From: Ophelia neglecta
Lineage: Eukaryota
Assembly: GCA_965285935.1 (NCBI GenBank)
Contig: OZ260666.1
Location: 67,456,001 to 67,520,000, forward strand
DNA length: 64,000 nt
Direction of reading: 5' to 3'
Under the pieces are notes generated by a model. It was not told the origin of the DNA. It saw only the letters and a list, made by a program, of their open reading frames with translations, and searched no databases. Both the position numbers and the translations under genes were made by a program. Of the stretch, positions 62,626-64,000 are shown one piece after another (within the stretch, counting starts at the first letter, position 1; every line of letters starts with the position of its first letter).

Positions 62626-63660
62626 CTAGCAGTGACCCGTGGGCAACCATGGTGAAAAGGGCAGCAGTGGATTGAATGGTGGTCTATTCGAAGAGGGCAG
62701 TTTTCATTTGTTACTATTATAATGCTGGGTTGAGACAAAAAAATAGAAAAGTAAGTTGGTATAAAAAAAAAATCCATCATAAATGATAGTGCCTATATAT
62801 TGCCAATGTTGGGAGAGACAAAACAATAAAAGTGCAAACAGATTTGAATGAAACATACATAGCAAAGGTAGTCTTAAGTTTTATTCCAGTCATCCAGCGA
62901 ACACCTCTCGAGCAGTTCATTGAAGAATTTCAGGATACACAACAGTTTTGGTGACTGTTGTCATGGTGTCTGATGCATAACCCTGCTTTGTGGTGTTCTC
63001 GATTTTTACTTTAATGCGTTGAAATGATTTTGTCTGTGAGAAGGCTATGTATAGTTGTCCATGTGTGAAAACAGGGTCAGGAAAGTAAATGCCTATTTCT
63101 TTGAATGTTTACCCTTGCGCCTTGTTGATCGTCATTAAATAGGCTATCCGAGCAGGGAATTGGATGCGTTCTAGGACGATAGTCAAATTCACATCTGATG
63201 GGGCGAGTTTAATGCGGGGAATGAGAATCCTCTTCCCTGCCTGTGTGTTCGCCACAACCACTGTGCCAATTGTGTCGGCATGAAGGTGACGAACAATCTG
63301 GCGGGTCCCATTACAAAAGCCATTTTTAATGTCAAGGCTACGAAGGAGCATTATCAATGCACCCTTCTTCAGGATCACTTTGTGCTCTGGCATTCCTGAC
63401 GGAGTGAGACTGTTGAGGAATTCAACTGGGAAATTGTTCTCGTCAGGGTTGTGGGACACAATACAGTCAATGCTCAGGTTTATTTATTTTGCTCCCTGGA
63501 AGTTGTTTGAGGATTTCTCTGTTGATGGCCAAGATGGTGTCATTTTTGGGGGTTAGTATTATTTGTTTGGAAACATCACCCTCTAATGTTGGGTATACTG
63601 CTTGTACCAGGTCCCCGTCGCACAGGCACTCATTAGGAATGTGAATTGAGCAGTCCCCAA
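62626..63660 (-). mobile_element. Helitron 3' portion with intact terminus
   Basis: On the - strand: hairpin ccatgg-ttgc-ccacgg, then CTAG|T at 62629-62625, downstream of a PIF1-like helicase remnant. Confidence 0.88.
62917..63655 (-). pseudogene. Helitron RepHel PIF1-family helicase C-terminal remnant
   Basis: ILTPKN...FPVEFLNSLTPSGMP...LLRSLD...CNGTR...IPRI...QFPARIAYLMTINKAQG*TF...VFTHGQLYIAFS...VVYPEIL; one frameshift near 63480 and a premature TAA at 63109-63111. Confidence 0.92.
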
Positions 63661-64000
63661 ACGTAGCCCTACAATAATTATATATAAATAGTAACGGTAA
63701 TGTCCTTATTCCCTCACAATTGAGATAATTTTATTCACACATTTAGTTTTGAATTCCTACATTAAATTTCTAATCATATCCCAACCGGTACAATTAAATT
63801 TCCGTACACTTTAATTTGAATCACTGCAAACAGTTTTCCTACATTTTAATATCAATAACAATTTCTCTGCATTTTTCTATCTCTCCAAATAAATCCCCGG
63901 ATGGCAGCTTTGTCTAAGGTTCAGTAATGAGTCCAGAGGCGTAGGAAGGAAAATCAAAGTGAGGGGGCCAACTTTACATCAGCAGCATAAAATGTGGGGG

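Overview
Metazoan invertebrate genomic DNA: AT-rich, with GT-AG introns and SINE/Helentron-type repeats typical of molluscs and other lophotrochozoans (taxon inferred). It carries two + strand multi-exon genes. (1) The 3' nine coding exons of an NDR/STK38 (tricornered) kinase, 15371-24224. I found no N-terminal exons in the window. A strong candidate 21-nt microexon lies in the activation segment. (2) A large gene that I reconstruct as a 28-nt first coding exon at 32647 (behind an E2F/Ets/NRF1-type promoter), a ~21-kb intron, a 3440-nt exon and three further exons, running off the window. It encodes clustered SUMO-interacting motifs, a long disordered region with CtBP and SUMOylation motifs, an RNF216/TRIAD3-type RING1, and then the start of a mono-ART-type PARP catalytic domain instead of IBR-RING2. 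This SIM-RING-PARP architecture is the most novel-looking element. Introns also hold a tRNA-derived SINE with a 14-bp TSD, an internally deleted ISL2EU-type transposon, a ~1.4-kb THAP foldback, a Helitron 3' end with a helicase remnant, HINE-like elements, MITEs and minisatellites. All calls were made by eye; no database searches were run.
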